DNA from: an uncultured Clostridia bacterium
GTDB lineage: Bacteria; Bacillota; Clostridia; Oscillospirales; Acutalibacteraceae
Reading direction: 5' to 3'
Assembly: GCA_947632335.1 (NCBI GenBank)
Contig: CANROX010000001.1
Span: forward strand, 5,653-69,652
Length of the DNA: 64,000 nt
Positions 9,255 to 19,207 of this stretch are shown piece by piece. Every line of letters starts with the position of its first letter. Position 1 is the first letter of the stretch. The notes below the pieces were generated by a model. The model did not search any database, was not told the origin of the DNA, and was given only the letters and a program-made list of their open reading frames with translations. The translations under genes and the position numbers were made by a program.

Positions 9255-11858
9255 ATGGCAAATTATAGTATCGTAGATTCTGTAGAGACACTTGAAGCAA
9301 AGCTGGCGGAAATTCGTGCAGCACAGGAAAAGTTTTCAACCTACACACAGGAGCAGGTTGATGAAATCTTCAAGGCAGCAGCATCAGCAGCAAACAAAAT
9401 GAGAATCCCCCTTGCAAAAATGGCTGTAGAAGAAACAGGCATGGGAATTGTTGAGGATAAGATTATTAAAAACAACTATGCGGCAGAACATATTTACAAT
9501 GCATATAAGTTTGAAAAGACTTGTGGCGTTATTGAGGAGAATAAGGCATTTGGTTTAACAAAGATTGCAGAACCAATCGGCGTTGTAGGCGCAGTTATTC
9601 CTACTACCAACCCAACATCTACTGCAATATTTAAGACTCTTATTTGTCTTAAAACAAGAAACGGTATTATTATTTCCCCCCACCCAAGGGCAAAGAAATG
9701 CACAATCGAGGCAGCTAAGATTGTTTTAGAGGCCGCCGTTAAGGCAGGGGCACCGGAAGGAATTATCGGCTGGGTTGATGTACCCTCTTTAGACCTTACA
9801 AATATGGTAATGCAGGACACAGACCTTATCCTTGCCACAGGCGGTCCGGGAATGGTTAAAGCTGCTTATTCAAGCGGTACGCCGGCTCTGGGCGTTGGTG
9901 CAGGTAATGCGTCTGCAATTATTGATTCATCTGCGGATATTATCAATGCAGTAAACTCAATTATTCATTCAAAGACCTTTGATAACGGTATGATTTGCGC
10001 TACAGAACAGACTGTTATTGCAGACAAAAAGATTTATGACGCTGTTAAGGCTGAATTTATTAAGAGGGGCTGCTACTTCCTTAACGAAGAGGAAAAGGAT
10101 AAGATTAGAAATACAATGCTTATAAACGGCGCCCTCAATGCAAAGATTGTTGGTCAAAGACCTGTAACTATTGCAGAAATGGCAGGCTTTGAAGTTCCCG
10201 AAAGCACAAAGGTTCTTATCGGTGAGGCTACAAGCACAGATACAGACGAGGCTTTCGGCCACGAAAAACTCACAACTATCCTTGGTATGTATAAGTCAGA
10301 GGATTTCGACAATGCCCTTGATATTGCGGAAACACTTCTTAAAAATAACGGCGGTATGGGTCATACCTCTGTCCTTTGGATTAACGAAACAACACAGAGA
10401 GAAAAGCTCTCTCAGTTTGCCCACAGAATGAAGGCTTGCCGTTTGATTGTAAATACACCGTCCTCCCTTGGCGGTATCGGCGACCTCTACAACTTTATGC
10501 TTAAACCCTCACTTACACTGGGCTGCGGCTCATGGGGCAACAACTCAGTTTCAGAAAATGTAGGGGTTAAACATTTAATCAATATTAAGACAGTTGCAGA
10601 GAGAAGGGAAAATATGCTTTGGTTCAGAGCACCTGAAAAGGTATATATTAAGAAGGGCTGCCTGCCTGTAGCACTTCAGGAACTTAAAGATGTTATGAAT
10701 AAGAAGAGAGTATTTATTGTAACAGACCAGTTCCTTTACAAGAACGGCTACACAAAGTGTGTAACTGATAAATTAGACGAAATGGGTATTCAGCACGCCA
10801 CATTCTTTAATGTTGCTCCGGACCCAACACTGGCCTGCGCTAAGGAAGGTGCAGAACAGCTTACAGCATTTGAACCTGACTGCATTATTGCAATCGGCGG
10901 TGGTTCTGCAATGGACGCTGCTAAGATTATGTGGGTTCTCTACGAGCATCCGGAAGCAGACTTTATGGATATGGCTATGAGATTTATTGATATCCGCAAG
11001 AGAGTTTACACATTCCCCAAGATGGGCGAAAAGGCTTACTTTATCTGCGTTCCTACATCTGCCGGTACAGGTTCAGAGGTTACACCTTTTGCTGTTATTA
11101 CAGATGAAAAGACAGGTACAAAGTATCCTCTTGCAGACTATCAGTTAATGCCTAATATGGCTATTGTAGATACAGATATGCATATGACGGCTCCAAAGGG
11201 CTTAACAGCAGCATCAGGTATTGACGCACTTACACACGCCCTTGAGGCTTTTGTTTCCGTAATGGCAACAGATTACACAGACGGTCTTGCAATTAAGGCA
11301 GGTCAGACAATCTTTGAATATCTGCCCCAGGCATTTGACAACGGTCCTAACGACCCCAAGGCAAGAGAGAAAATGGCAAACGCAGCTACAATGGCAGGTA
11401 TGGCATTTGCAAATGCTTTCCTTGGTGTTTGTCACTCAATGGCTCATAAGTTAGGTGCTTATCATCACCTGCCCCACGGTGTTGCAAACGCACTTCTTAT
11501 TAACCTTGTAATTAAGTACAACTCTGCCGAGGCTCCTGCAAAGATGGGTACATTCTCACAGTATACACACCCATGTACAATGGCTAAGTATGCACAGTTT
11601 GCTACAGCTATGGGCGCTAAGGGCAAGAATGATGAACAGAAGGTTGAAAACCTCATTAAGATGATTGAAGAACTCAAGGAAAGAGTGGGCATTAAAAAGA
11701 CCATTAAGGACTACGGTGTTGACGAAAACTACTTCCTTGAAACTCTTGACGAAATGTGCGAAAACGCATTTGACGACCAGTGTACAGGTGCAAACCCAAG
11801 ATTCCCTCTTATTTCAGAAATCAAGGATATGTACCTCAAGGCATACTACGGCGAATAA
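9255..11858 (+). CDS. adhE: Bifunctional acetaldehyde-CoA/alcohol dehydrogenase
   Basis: 867 aa with an N-terminal aldehyde dehydrogenase domain and a C-terminal iron-type alcohol dehydrogenase (GGGSAMDAAK, His-rich metal site HSMAHKLGAYHHLPHG). Strong SD AAGGAGAG. Confidence 0.95.
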   Translation: MANYSIVDSVETLEAKLAEIRAAQEKFSTYTQEQVDEIFKAAASAANKMRIPLAKMAVEETGMGIVEDKIIKNNYAAEHIYNAYKFEKTCGVIEENKAFGLTKIAEPIGVVGAVIPTTNPTSTAIFKTLICLKTRNGIIISPHPRAKKCTIEAAKIVLEAAVKAGAPEGIIGWVDVPSLDLTNMVMQDTDLILATGGPGMVKAAYSSGTPALGVGAGNASAIIDSSADIINAVNSIIHSKTFDNGMICATEQTVIADKKIYDAVKAEFIKRGCYFLNEEEKDKIRNTMLINGALNAKIVGQRPVTIAEMAGFEVPESTKVLIGEATSTDTDEAFGHEKLTTILGMYKSEDFDNALDIAETLLKNNGGMGHTSVLWINETTQREKLSQFAHRMKACRLIVNTPSSLGGIGDLYNFMLKPSLTLGCGSWGNNSVSENVGVKHLINIKTVAERRENMLWFRAPEKVYIKKGCLPVALQELKDVMNKKRVFIVTDQFLYKNGYTKCVTDKLDEMGIQHATFFNVAPDPTLACAKEGAEQLTAFEPDCIIAIGGGSAMDAAKIMWVLYEHPEADFMDMAMRFIDIRKRVYTFPKMGEKAYFICVPTSAGTGSEVTPFAVITDEKTGTKYPLADYQLMPNMAIVDTDMHMTAPKGLTAASGIDALTHALEAFVSVMATDYTDGLAIKAGQTIFEYLPQAFDNGPNDPKAREKMANAATMAGMAFANAFLGVCHSMAHKLGAYHHLPHGVANALLINLVIKYNSAEAPAKMGTFSQYTHPCTMAKYAQFATAMGAKGKNDEQKVENLIKMIEELKERVGIKKTIKDYGVDENYFLETLDEMCENAFDDQCTGANPRFPLISEIKDMYLKAYYGE

Positions 11859-11871
11859 TTTTCAGTAATTT

Positions 11872-11899
11872 GGGCAGTTCATATGAACTGCCCTTTTTT
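11872..11899 (+). terminator. Intrinsic terminator after adhE
   Basis: GGGCAGTTCATATGAACTGCCC hairpin followed by TTTTTT. Confidence 0.8.
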
Positions 11900-11943
11900 G
11901 TTTATACCAATTTTCTTTGGGCATACTGTTTTAGGGTGACGCT

Positions 11944-12465
11944 ATGGAAAATATACTGGTGGTTGTGGATATGCAGAATGATTTTGTGGAGGGAGCCTTA
12001 GGTACGGAGGAGGCAAAATCAATTATCAATAATGCAGTACGGGAGATAAAAAATTTCAGCGGTAAGATTTATGCAACCCTTGACACCCACCCTGTAAATT
12101 ATATGAATACAGGGGAGGGAAAAGTCTATCCGCCCCACTGTATCAGGGGTACAAATGGCTGGAAACTAAATTCCAAAATTTACTCTGCCCTGTCCCAAAA
12201 GAATTATGAAACGGTGGAGAAAAACACTTTCGGCTCTGCTCTTTTGCCAAACCTCATTAGAAAATATGCAGGGGACAGGGATTTTTCCCTAAGGCTGATA
12301 GGTTTATGCACAGACATTTGCGTCATTTCCAACGCCCTGATTTTAAAGGCAAATTTTCCCCAAAAGGAAATTGCCATTATTTCCTCCTGCTGTGCAGGAA
12401 CTACCCCAAAGGACCATATAGCCGCCCTGAAAATAATGAAATCCTGCCAGATAATTATTTTATAA
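11944..12465 (+). CDS. pncA: Nicotinamidase / isochorismatase-family cysteine hydrolase
   Basis: VVVDMQNDF start motif and the catalytic Cys context GLCTDICV; 173 aa; adjacent to nadE. Confidence 0.75.
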   Translation: MENILVVVDMQNDFVEGALGTEEAKSIINNAVREIKNFSGKIYATLDTHPVNYMNTGEGKVYPPHCIRGTNGWKLNSKIYSALSQKNYETVEKNTFGSALLPNLIRKYAGDRDFSLRLIGLCTDICVISNALILKANFPQKEIAIISSCCAGTTPKDHIAALKIMKSCQIIIL

Positions 12466-12544
12466 AAGTTGAAAATATTACATAGTGGTGGTAAAATGAA
12501 AGATAGGAACCACTATCCTGCAAAAATATTTAGGGGGAAGAGAA

Positions 12545-13276
12545 ATGTTTGATGTTGAAAAAGCAAAAAATAAGTGTGTTGAATGGATAAGGGAATTTTT
12601 TGAAGAAAACGGCAAGGGCTGTAATGCTGTTGTAGGAATTTCCGGCGGTAAGGACAGCTCTGTGGCAGCCGCCCTTTGCGTGGAGGCCCTTGGCGCAGAC
12701 AGGGTGATAGGAGTTCTTATGCCCTGCGGTGAACAGTCCGATATTGATATGGCCCGGCTCCTGGTAAAGCACCTTAACATTAAAAACTATACGGTAAACA
12801 TTAAAGAGGCTGTTCAGGGGGTACTTAAAAATTTGCCCTTTGAAGATATTTCAAAGCAAACAAAAACCAACTTGCCTGCAAGAATAAGAATGTCTGTTCT
12901 CTATGCAGTTGCCCAGAGCCACAACGGCAGGGTTACAAACACCTGCAACCTTTCCGAGGACTGGGTGGGCTACTCCACAAGATACGGTGACGCAGCAGGA
13001 GATTTCAGCCCAATGGCGAATTTTACCGTTACGGAGGTTAAGGAGATAGGAAGGTATTTAGGTTTGCCAAGTGTGCTGGTGGACAAAACCCCTATTGACG
13101 GGCTTAGCGGAAAGACCGACGAAGAAAACTTAGGCTTTACCTACGACGAGCTTGACAGATATATCCGCACAGGGGAAATTGAAAACAAGGACCACAAAGA
13201 GAGGATTGACAGACTGCACAAAATGAATTTGTTTAAACTTCAGTATATGCCTGTTTTTAAATTTACGAAGGAATAA
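12545..13276 (+). CDS. nadE: Ammonia-dependent NAD+ synthetase
   Basis: PP-loop GISGGKDSSV; 243 aa; typical NadE length and end. Confidence 0.9.
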   Translation: MFDVEKAKNKCVEWIREFFEENGKGCNAVVGISGGKDSSVAAALCVEALGADRVIGVLMPCGEQSDIDMARLLVKHLNIKNYTVNIKEAVQGVLKNLPFEDISKQTKTNLPARIRMSVLYAVAQSHNGRVTNTCNLSEDWVGYSTRYGDAAGDFSPMANFTVTEVKEIGRYLGLPSVLVDKTPIDGLSGKTDEENLGFTYDELDRYIRTGEIENKDHKERIDRLHKMNLFKLQYMPVFKFTKE

Positions 13277-13316
13277 AAAAGCTCCGGCAGAAATTTCTGC
13301 CGGAGCTATATTTTTT
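13275..13316. terminator. Bidirectional intrinsic terminator between nadE and the amylase gene
   Basis: AGCTCCGGCAGAAATTTCTGCCGGAGCT hairpin flanked by an A-run upstream and a T-run downstream. Confidence 0.8.
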
Positions 13317-13317
13317 A

Positions 13318-15564
13318 TTATTTAAGGAATGTGCCGTTTTCCCCAATCTTACCGCTTATACCTGTAAAGCCGTTGTCGCAGGCCACATATATTCTGGCGT
13401 TGCCCTTTCCGATTGAGTCGGTTGTAAGGGTGCCGTTGGTAACTACTTTTTTGTCGCCGGTAACAGCGTCAATATATGTACAGTTGGGAATATTCTTAAA
13501 GGTTGCTCCTCCGCTTACCGTACAAAGGGCAAGGGAATCAACTCCCTGGGAGGAATTTGTATATCTTCTGATATACGCCATATTTCCGTTTACATAATTG
13601 CTGTCCACTGTGTACTGTCCCTTTTGCAGGGCGGGTACTGCCTGTCTTATAAGGTTGAGCTGCCGCAAATGAGCGGAGATAGGGGCGGATAATGTGGACT
13701 GCACCTTGCCGGACGCCTGGTATTTACCAAAGTCGCTTGCTTTGACTGTACCCTCAAGATTTTCCCCATAGTATGCACGGCCTGTTGTTGCAAGTGGAGC
13801 GTTTGGTCCTACATCAATTCTCTGACCTGCCATAAACTGGGTTTCAGAGCCGTAGTAAACGCAGGGAATACCTCTGAATGTAAACATAAGTGAAAGGTTT
13901 TCCGCCCAGGCGCTGGTATCTCCGGGGTATCTTACATCCATATCGGGGCCGTAGTCGTGGGAGTCAACATAGGTTACATTGTAGGTTGAGTCGTTGTAAT
14001 ATGGGTCTTCCTCCTTAGCTCTTGTAAAGGCGTTGCCTGCATTGCCAAAATTCCAGTGCATGGGGAAGTCAATGACTCCGGTTTTGTTGCTCTTGCTGTA
14101 GTCCGGTGTATGATATTTAATACCGCTAAGGTAAACATTGTCGGATTTTTGTGCGTTTGCCGTAGTGGAATTGCTGTCGTAATGTTTAAGTGTAAGGTTT
14201 ACATTTGTTTCCCAGTCAGAGCCAAGAGCTCCCTTGTACTGGCTGTCTGTTTCTGCCCATGTATAGAAAGGAGCAGAGATGGCAGGTATGCCGTGATTCC
14301 AAAATTCCGATACCCTTGTGCAGACTTCACCGAAGATAAAGAAATTATCTCCTCCTGTCTTTTGCCATGATGGGAAGAAAAACTGGTTAAGGGTAAGTCT
14401 TGAAACATGTTTTTCCGTATCAAGCCTGAATGCGTCAACACCCATATCAATATAGCTGTTGTAGGCTGAGTTAAGATAGTCTGCAACCTTTGGATTTTCC
14501 GTATTAATATCCACGCAGTCCCCTGCAATCTGTCCTGTCTGTACGGTGGGACTTTCCCAGCTAAGGTCTTTATAGTGGTGGAAATAGTTATTTGTATCGC
14601 ACTGGGGAGCACCTAACTCTCTGGTGTCTTTCATAACCGCCAGCCTTGCCTGATACTGAAGTGACGGGTCAAGACTGCTATAGTTAGGAAATACCCTATC
14701 AAGGGTTGAGCCCTTTATAATATTCATACAGTCAGCTGTTTCCAGCTTGCTGTAATCCTTAGTGAACATAGGTGCAAGGAAATTCTCTCCAAAGTTGCCT
14801 GCGTGGTTTACAACTACATCCTGAATTATCTTCATACCCTTTTCGTGGGCGGCGTCAACAAGGTCTTGGTATGTTGCACCATTTGACTCATAACGGGGGT
14901 CAACCTTTGTAAAATCAAAGGCGTGGTATCCGTGGTAGTCATATCCCGAGGCATTTTCTACAACCGGAGTAATCCAAACTGCGGTAAAGCCCAGGGCTTT
15001 AATATAGTCCAGCTTTTCAATAAGACCCTTAAAATCTCCTCTCCATGCCGGGTCATCGTCAGGATTGTTTGCCTGTCCGTCGTCCCAGCAGTGGACATTG
15101 TTGTCCTTATCGCCGTCGTAAAATCTTGTAGTAATTACAAAATAGATGCTGTCCTCACGCAGGTCTGTCCTTTCGTAGTCCCCGTAAATAGAGGGGTCTT
15201 TTGAGGTCCAGCGGTTGTTTTTATACCACCATTCTCCGGCGTCCCTTGTAAGTTCGGCACCCTGTTTGCCGTTTTGGACAAACATAAGATTAATTTTTGT
15301 CTTACCGCTGAAAGAATACCTATACCAGTTGCCGCCCTCGGAAATCATTTCAGGGCCGGGATATGAGGTTTCTGCATTTGTGGGCAGGGCGTTCCAGTAG
15401 TAAATATTGGGAGTACCGCCTTCACAGTAGTAGTGTACTGTTATTGCGGAGGTTTCGGAAGAGTCCTTTTCCGAAATATTTGCCGCAGAAGTACTGATAA
15501 TTGCAGTGCTTACGAGTAATGCAATTATTAGCACCAGGGCAAAAAGTTTTTTTGTTTTGTTCAT
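13318..15564 (-). CDS. Secreted GH13 alpha-amylase with an N-terminal starch-binding-like module
   Basis: Signal peptide MNKTKKLFALVLIIALLVSTAIISTSA. GH13 regions DVVVNHAG, GVDAFRLDTEKH, FIFGEV and YVDSHD. The N-terminal beta-module has the ITVHYY...IYYWN...WYRYSF...LMFVQNG pattern. Confidence 0.9.
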   Translation of the reverse strand: MNKTKKLFALVLIIALLVSTAIISTSAANISEKDSSETSAITVHYYCEGGTPNIYYWNALPTNAETSYPGPEMISEGGNWYRYSFSGKTKINLMFVQNGKQGAELTRDAGEWWYKNNRWTSKDPSIYGDYERTDLREDSIYFVITTRFYDGDKDNNVHCWDDGQANNPDDDPAWRGDFKGLIEKLDYIKALGFTAVWITPVVENASGYDYHGYHAFDFTKVDPRYESNGATYQDLVDAAHEKGMKIIQDVVVNHAGNFGENFLAPMFTKDYSKLETADCMNIIKGSTLDRVFPNYSSLDPSLQYQARLAVMKDTRELGAPQCDTNNYFHHYKDLSWESPTVQTGQIAGDCVDINTENPKVADYLNSAYNSYIDMGVDAFRLDTEKHVSRLTLNQFFFPSWQKTGGDNFFIFGEVCTRVSEFWNHGIPAISAPFYTWAETDSQYKGALGSDWETNVNLTLKHYDSNSTTANAQKSDNVYLSGIKYHTPDYSKSNKTGVIDFPMHWNFGNAGNAFTRAKEEDPYYNDSTYNVTYVDSHDYGPDMDVRYPGDTSAWAENLSLMFTFRGIPCVYYGSETQFMAGQRIDVGPNAPLATTGRAYYGENLEGTVKASDFGKYQASGKVQSTLSAPISAHLRQLNLIRQAVPALQKGQYTVDSNYVNGNMAYIRRYTNSSQGVDSLALCTVSGGATFKNIPNCTYIDAVTGDKKVVTNGTLTTDSIGKGNARIYVACDNGFTGISGKIGENGTFLK

Positions 15565-15754
15565 TTCATAACACTCCTTTTAAAGGATAAATTACACACT
15601 TTCATTATAATATACAAGAGAAAAATCAATTTTATTTAAAAGAATAATTTTCTCTCCTATTTCTACAACATTTCGGGTAACTATTTGTATATAATGATGT
15701 AGTTGTTAAAATTTTGTAAATAAACAGAAAACAAATTATTTCTTTGTCTTATTG

Positions 15755-15783
15755 TTGAATATTCGGGACATATGTGGTACAAT
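15755..15783 (+). promoter_or_regulatory. Putative promoter of the folate operon (TTGAAT-17-TACAAT with an extended TG)
   Basis: TTGAAT at 15755-15760, a 17-nt spacer ending in TGG, and TACAAT at 15778-15783, about 28 nt before the riboswitch P1 helix. Confidence 0.5.
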
Positions 15784-15810
15784 CACTATTGTAAAAAAAT
15801 TAATATCTTT

Positions 15811-15907
15811 GCAGAGTAGGCTTTGGAGCGTTAAGTGCATGGTAAACAGGAAGTTGTTACTGTGACGAAAAGACTTGTCTTGCGATTTCTCAGCCGCATT
15901 CCGCTGC
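15811..15907 (+). promoter_or_regulatory. THF (tetrahydrofolate) riboswitch aptamer
   Basis: GCAGAGUAGG...GAGCGUUAAGUG...GUGACGAAA...CGCAUUCCGCUGC matches the conserved GAGUAG / GCGUUAAGUG / ACGAA / CAUCCGCUC-type blocks of the THF riboswitch as I recall them. P1 is GCAG/CUGC. It lies directly upstream of folE. Confidence 0.8.
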
Positions 15908-15913
15908 TACATA

Positions 15914-15956
15914 AAAACCTCTTGTGTTGTATACGGAATACTGCATAGGAGGTTTT
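15914..15956 (+). promoter_or_regulatory. Riboswitch expression platform: hairpin sequestering the folE SD (terminator-like)
   Basis: AAAACCUC (15914-15921) pairs with GAGGUUUU (15949-15956). This buries the AGGAGG SD, and U-rich sequence follows. Confidence 0.55.
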
Positions 15957-15960
15957 CTTT

Positions 15961-16515
15961 ATGGATTCAGAAAAAATTAAACAGGCTGTGACACTTTTTT
16001 TGCAGGGGATTGGGGAAGATCCCGACAGGGAGGGACTTCTTGAAACTCCCGAAAGAGTCGCCAGAATGTGTGAGGAAATTTACGGCGGACTGGGAAAGAC
16101 GGCAGAGGAACATTTAAAAAAACAGTTTACCTCGGAAAACAGCGAAATTGTCCTTGTTAAGGATATAAATTTTTATTCCATCTGCGAACACCATTTACTG
16201 CCCTTTTTCGGAAAGGTCCATATTGCATATATTCCTGACGGAAAGGTTGTGGGACTTAGCAAGATTGCAAGAGCTGTGGAGGTTTATGCAAGACGTCCCC
16301 AGATACAGGAACAGCTTACCTGCCAGATTGCCGACGCTCTCCGGAAGTACCTTAACCCAAAGGGCGTTATGGTAATGATTGAGGCAGAGCATATGTGTAT
16401 GTCAATGCGAGGTATTAAAAAGCCGGGAAGCATTACAGTGACCTATGGCACAAGGGGCTGTTTCATAAAAGATTATGAAAGGCAGAAAATGTTTTTTGAA
16501 ATGGTGAAGTCATAA
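15961..16515 (+). CDS. folE: GTP cyclohydrolase I
   Basis: [14 protein letters not shown] and [10 protein letters not shown] motifs; 184 aa. Confidence 0.95.
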   Translation: MDSEKIKQAVTLFLQGIGEDPDREGLLETPERVARMCEEIYGGLGKTAEEHLKKQFTSENSEIVLVKDINFYSICEHHLLPFFGKVHIAYIPDGKVVGLSKIARAVEVYARRPQIQEQLTCQIADALRKYLNPKGVMVMIEAEHMCMSMRGIKKPGSITVTYGTRGCFIKDYERQKMFFEMVKS

Positions 16516-16992
16516 ATGGAACGGATAAATCTTATTTTGAATAATGAAAAGTACAAAAGCTGTCTTGAAAAGTTAGAAGAGCTGGAAAAGGACAGAAAAT
16601 TTTGCCGTCATACTCCTGAGCATTTTCTTGATACGGCAAGAATAATGTATATAACCGCCTTGGAGGAGAATTTGCCTGTAAGCAAGGAAATAGTTTATGC
16701 AACCGCACTTCTCCATGACATTGGCAGGGTGAAACAGTACGAGGAGAATATTCCCCATGACAGGGCTGGGGCGGATTTTGCCAGGGAGATACTTCCCTCT
16801 GCCCGTTTCACGAATGAGGAAACAGAGGAGATAGCCTCTGCAATTTTTTGTCATAGAAACAGAGTGGGAAAAAGTGTGCTGGGAAAACTTCTATGCTTTG
16901 CAGATAAAAAGTCAAGACTTTGTTTCCTATGCAAGGCAAGAGAGGAATGTAACTGGGAAGAGGGAAGAAAGAATAAATATATAAGGTTATAA
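16516..16992 (+). CDS. HD-domain phosphohydrolase embedded in the folate operon, with a Cys-rich tail
   Basis: H...HD...D pattern (CRHTPEH, LLHDIGR, IPHDRAG) and C-terminal CFADKKSRLCFLCKAREEC. Its start abuts the folE stop. Confidence 0.7.
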   Translation: MERINLILNNEKYKSCLEKLEELEKDRKFCRHTPEHFLDTARIMYITALEENLPVSKEIVYATALLHDIGRVKQYEENIPHDRAGADFAREILPSARFTNEETEEIASAIFCHRNRVGKSVLGKLLCFADKKSRLCFLCKAREECNWEEGRKNKYIRL

Positions 16993-17008
16993 ATTTTGGG
17001 ACAAAGCT

Positions 17009-17815
17009 ATGAAAATAGGAAATACTCAATTTGATACAGAAAATAAAACCTATGTTATGGGTATACTGAATATTACCCCAAATTCATTTTCCGACGGAGG
17101 AAGCTGGAACAGTCTTGATAAGGCACTTTTCAGAACGGAACAGATGATTAAAGAGGGTGCGGACATTATAGATGTTGGGGGAGAATCAACCCGTCCCGGC
17201 TACACTATGATTTCCGAAAGTGAAGAAATAGAAAGGATAGTGCCTGTAATTGCAGGAATAAAGGAAAGGTTTGACATACCTGTTTCCGCAGATACATATA
17301 AGTCCGCTGTGGCCAAAAAGGCTTTGGAAACAGGGGCGGACCTGATAAACGACATTTGGGGCCTAAAGTATGACAAAAATATGGCAAAGGTGATTTCCCG
17401 CAGCGGTGCAGTTTGCTGTCTTATGCACAACAGGGAAAAACCTGAGTACAGGGACTTTGTTAAGGATATGATAAATGAAACTATGGAATGTGCAGAAATT
17501 GCCCTTAATTCAGGAATAAAAAGGGACAAAATTATTCTTGACCCCGGTGTGGGTTTTGGAAAAACCTATGAACAAAACCTTATGTGCGTTAAACATCTTC
17601 ATCAGCTTTGTGAAAGGGGTTACCCTGTACTCTTGGGCTGTTCAAGAAAATCCCTTATAGGAAATACTCTTGATTTGCCTGTTGAGGAAAGGCTGGAGGG
17701 GACTCTTGTTACCACGGTTATGGCAGTGCTGAGCGGCTGTGCATTTGTGCGTGTTCACGACATTAAGGAAAATGTAAGGGCAATTAAAATGGCAGAGGCA
17801 ATAATGGATAGGTGA
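17009..17815 (+). CDS. folP: Dihydropteroate synthase
   Basis: MGILNITPNSFSDGG, DVGGESTRPG and GFGK motifs. Confidence 0.95.
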   Translation: MKIGNTQFDTENKTYVMGILNITPNSFSDGGSWNSLDKALFRTEQMIKEGADIIDVGGESTRPGYTMISESEEIERIVPVIAGIKERFDIPVSADTYKSAVAKKALETGADLINDIWGLKYDKNMAKVISRSGAVCCLMHNREKPEYRDFVKDMINETMECAEIALNSGIKRDKIILDPGVGFGKTYEQNLMCVKHLHQLCERGYPVLLGCSRKSLIGNTLDLPVEERLEGTLVTTVMAVLSGCAFVRVHDIKENVRAIKMAEAIMDR

Positions 17816-17819
17816 TATT

Positions 17820-18641
17820 ATGCGGGATACTATAAAAATAAAGGATTTGGAGGTTTACGCCTGCCACGGAGTTTTTAAGGAGGAACGAAAACTGGGACAA
17901 AAATTCCTTGTCAGCGCAGAGCTTTATACCGACTTTTCCTGTGCAGCAGAAAATGACGACCTTAATCTTTCCGTAGACTACGGCTCTGTGTGCAGAAAGA
18001 TTAAGGAGCTTATGGAAAACAACACCTACAGTCTTATTGAAACGGCAGGGGAAAAAACAGCGGAAATGCTCCTTAGTCAGTATGATTTGCTTACAGGCGT
18101 AAGGGTTGAAATAAAAAAGCCATGGGCCCCTATCGGCGTGCCCTTGGATACAGTATCAGTAGAGATAGAAAGGCATTGGCATACTGCATATATCGGACTT
18201 GGCTCAAATATGGGGGACAAGTATGAATATATAAACAGAGCTGTAAAAGAGCTGGACAATGCAGATGGATGTAGGGTGGAAAAGGTTTCAAAGCTCATTA
18301 CTACACCTCCCTACGGCGGTGTGGTTCAGGAGGATTTTTTAAACGGAGTACTGAGTCTTAAAACAATTTTAAGCCCCGTCAGACTTTTAAAACTTCTGAA
18401 CAGAATTGAAGCACAAGCCAACCGCAAAAGAGAAGTTCACTGGGGACCCAGAACCCTGGATTTGGACATTCTCCTTTACGACAATGAAATTGTGGACAGC
18501 GAAAATCTCCACATTCCCCATATTGATATGCAAAACAGAAGTTTTGTGCTGGAGCCTCTATCTGAGATTGCTCCATATGTAAGACACCCCGTTCTCAACA
18601 AAACAGCGGAACAGCTGTTAAAGGAGCTTAACAGCAGATGA
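17820..18641 (+). CDS. folBK: Bifunctional dihydroneopterin aldolase / HPPK
   Basis: The N-terminus has the FolB pattern (IKDLEVYACHGVFKEERKLGQKF). The C-terminal half is HPPK (AYIGLGSNMGD...WGPRTLDLDILLY). Confidence 0.9.
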   Translation: MRDTIKIKDLEVYACHGVFKEERKLGQKFLVSAELYTDFSCAAENDDLNLSVDYGSVCRKIKELMENNTYSLIETAGEKTAEMLLSQYDLLTGVRVEIKKPWAPIGVPLDTVSVEIERHWHTAYIGLGSNMGDKYEYINRAVKELDNADGCRVEKVSKLITTPPYGGVVQEDFLNGVLSLKTILSPVRLLKLLNRIEAQANRKREVHWGPRTLDLDILLYDNEIVDSENLHIPHIDMQNRSFVLEPLSEIAPYVRHPVLNKTAEQLLKELNSR

Positions 18642-19129
18642 CAGCGCTGATAGTTGCCTATACCAAAAACAGGGTTATAGGCAGAAAAGGAATTATTCCT
18701 TGGAATTTGAAAAATGAGAAAAAGCGTTTTAAAGCTCTTACAACAAATAATGTGGTGGTTATGGGAAGAAAAACCTTTGAGGAAATAGGCAGTCCTCTGC
18801 CAAACAGAATAACGGTTGTTGTGTCTTCTAAAAAAATTTTCCGGTACGAAAACTGCTATACAGTAAAAACCCTTAATGAGGCTATGGAACTTGCCCATAG
18901 AAAATTTCCCGAAATGGATATTTATATTTCCGGAGGAGAAAGGCTGTATAGAGAGAGCCTCCGGGCTGTGGATAAAATGTTCATTACGGAAATTGACGCA
19001 GTAATGGAGGGGGATACCTTTTTCCCTGTATTTGATGAAAATGATTTTTATAGGGAAACAGAGGGAGAGTTTACAGAGGAGTTTACCTACAGGTATCTTA
19101 CATATACAAGAAAGACAACCCCGATTTAG
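18638..19129 (+). CDS. folA: Dihydrofolate reductase
   Basis: LIVAYTKNRVIGRKGIIPW...VVMGRKTFEEIG; 163 aa; ATGA overlap with folBK. Confidence 0.9.
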   Translation: MTALIVAYTKNRVIGRKGIIPWNLKNEKKRFKALTTNNVVVMGRKTFEEIGSPLPNRITVVVSSKKIFRYENCYTVKTLNEAMELAHRKFPEMDIYISGGERLYRESLRAVDKMFITEIDAVMEGDTFFPVFDENDFYRETEGEFTEEFTYRYLTYTRKTTPI

Positions 19130-19142
19130 GGGTTGTCTTTTT
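19114..19142 (+). terminator. Intrinsic terminator of the folate operon
   Basis: GACAACCCC-gattta-GGGGTTGTC followed by TTTTT. It overlaps the folA stop codon. Confidence 0.75.
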
Positions 19143-19207
19143 GCCTGTATTGAATAAAAATATTCCCTGTGATAAAATACTATATATTCAATTAAGGCGG
19201 TAGGAAG

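Noticed and set aside
12481-12515. The hairpin ATAGTGGT...ACCACTAT between pncA and nadE was considered as a possible NAD-sensing RNA.
   Set aside because: It is only an 8-bp stem with a 19-nt loop. It has no U-tract and no similarity I can recognise to the nadA or pnuC motifs. It is probably just an intercistronic structure.
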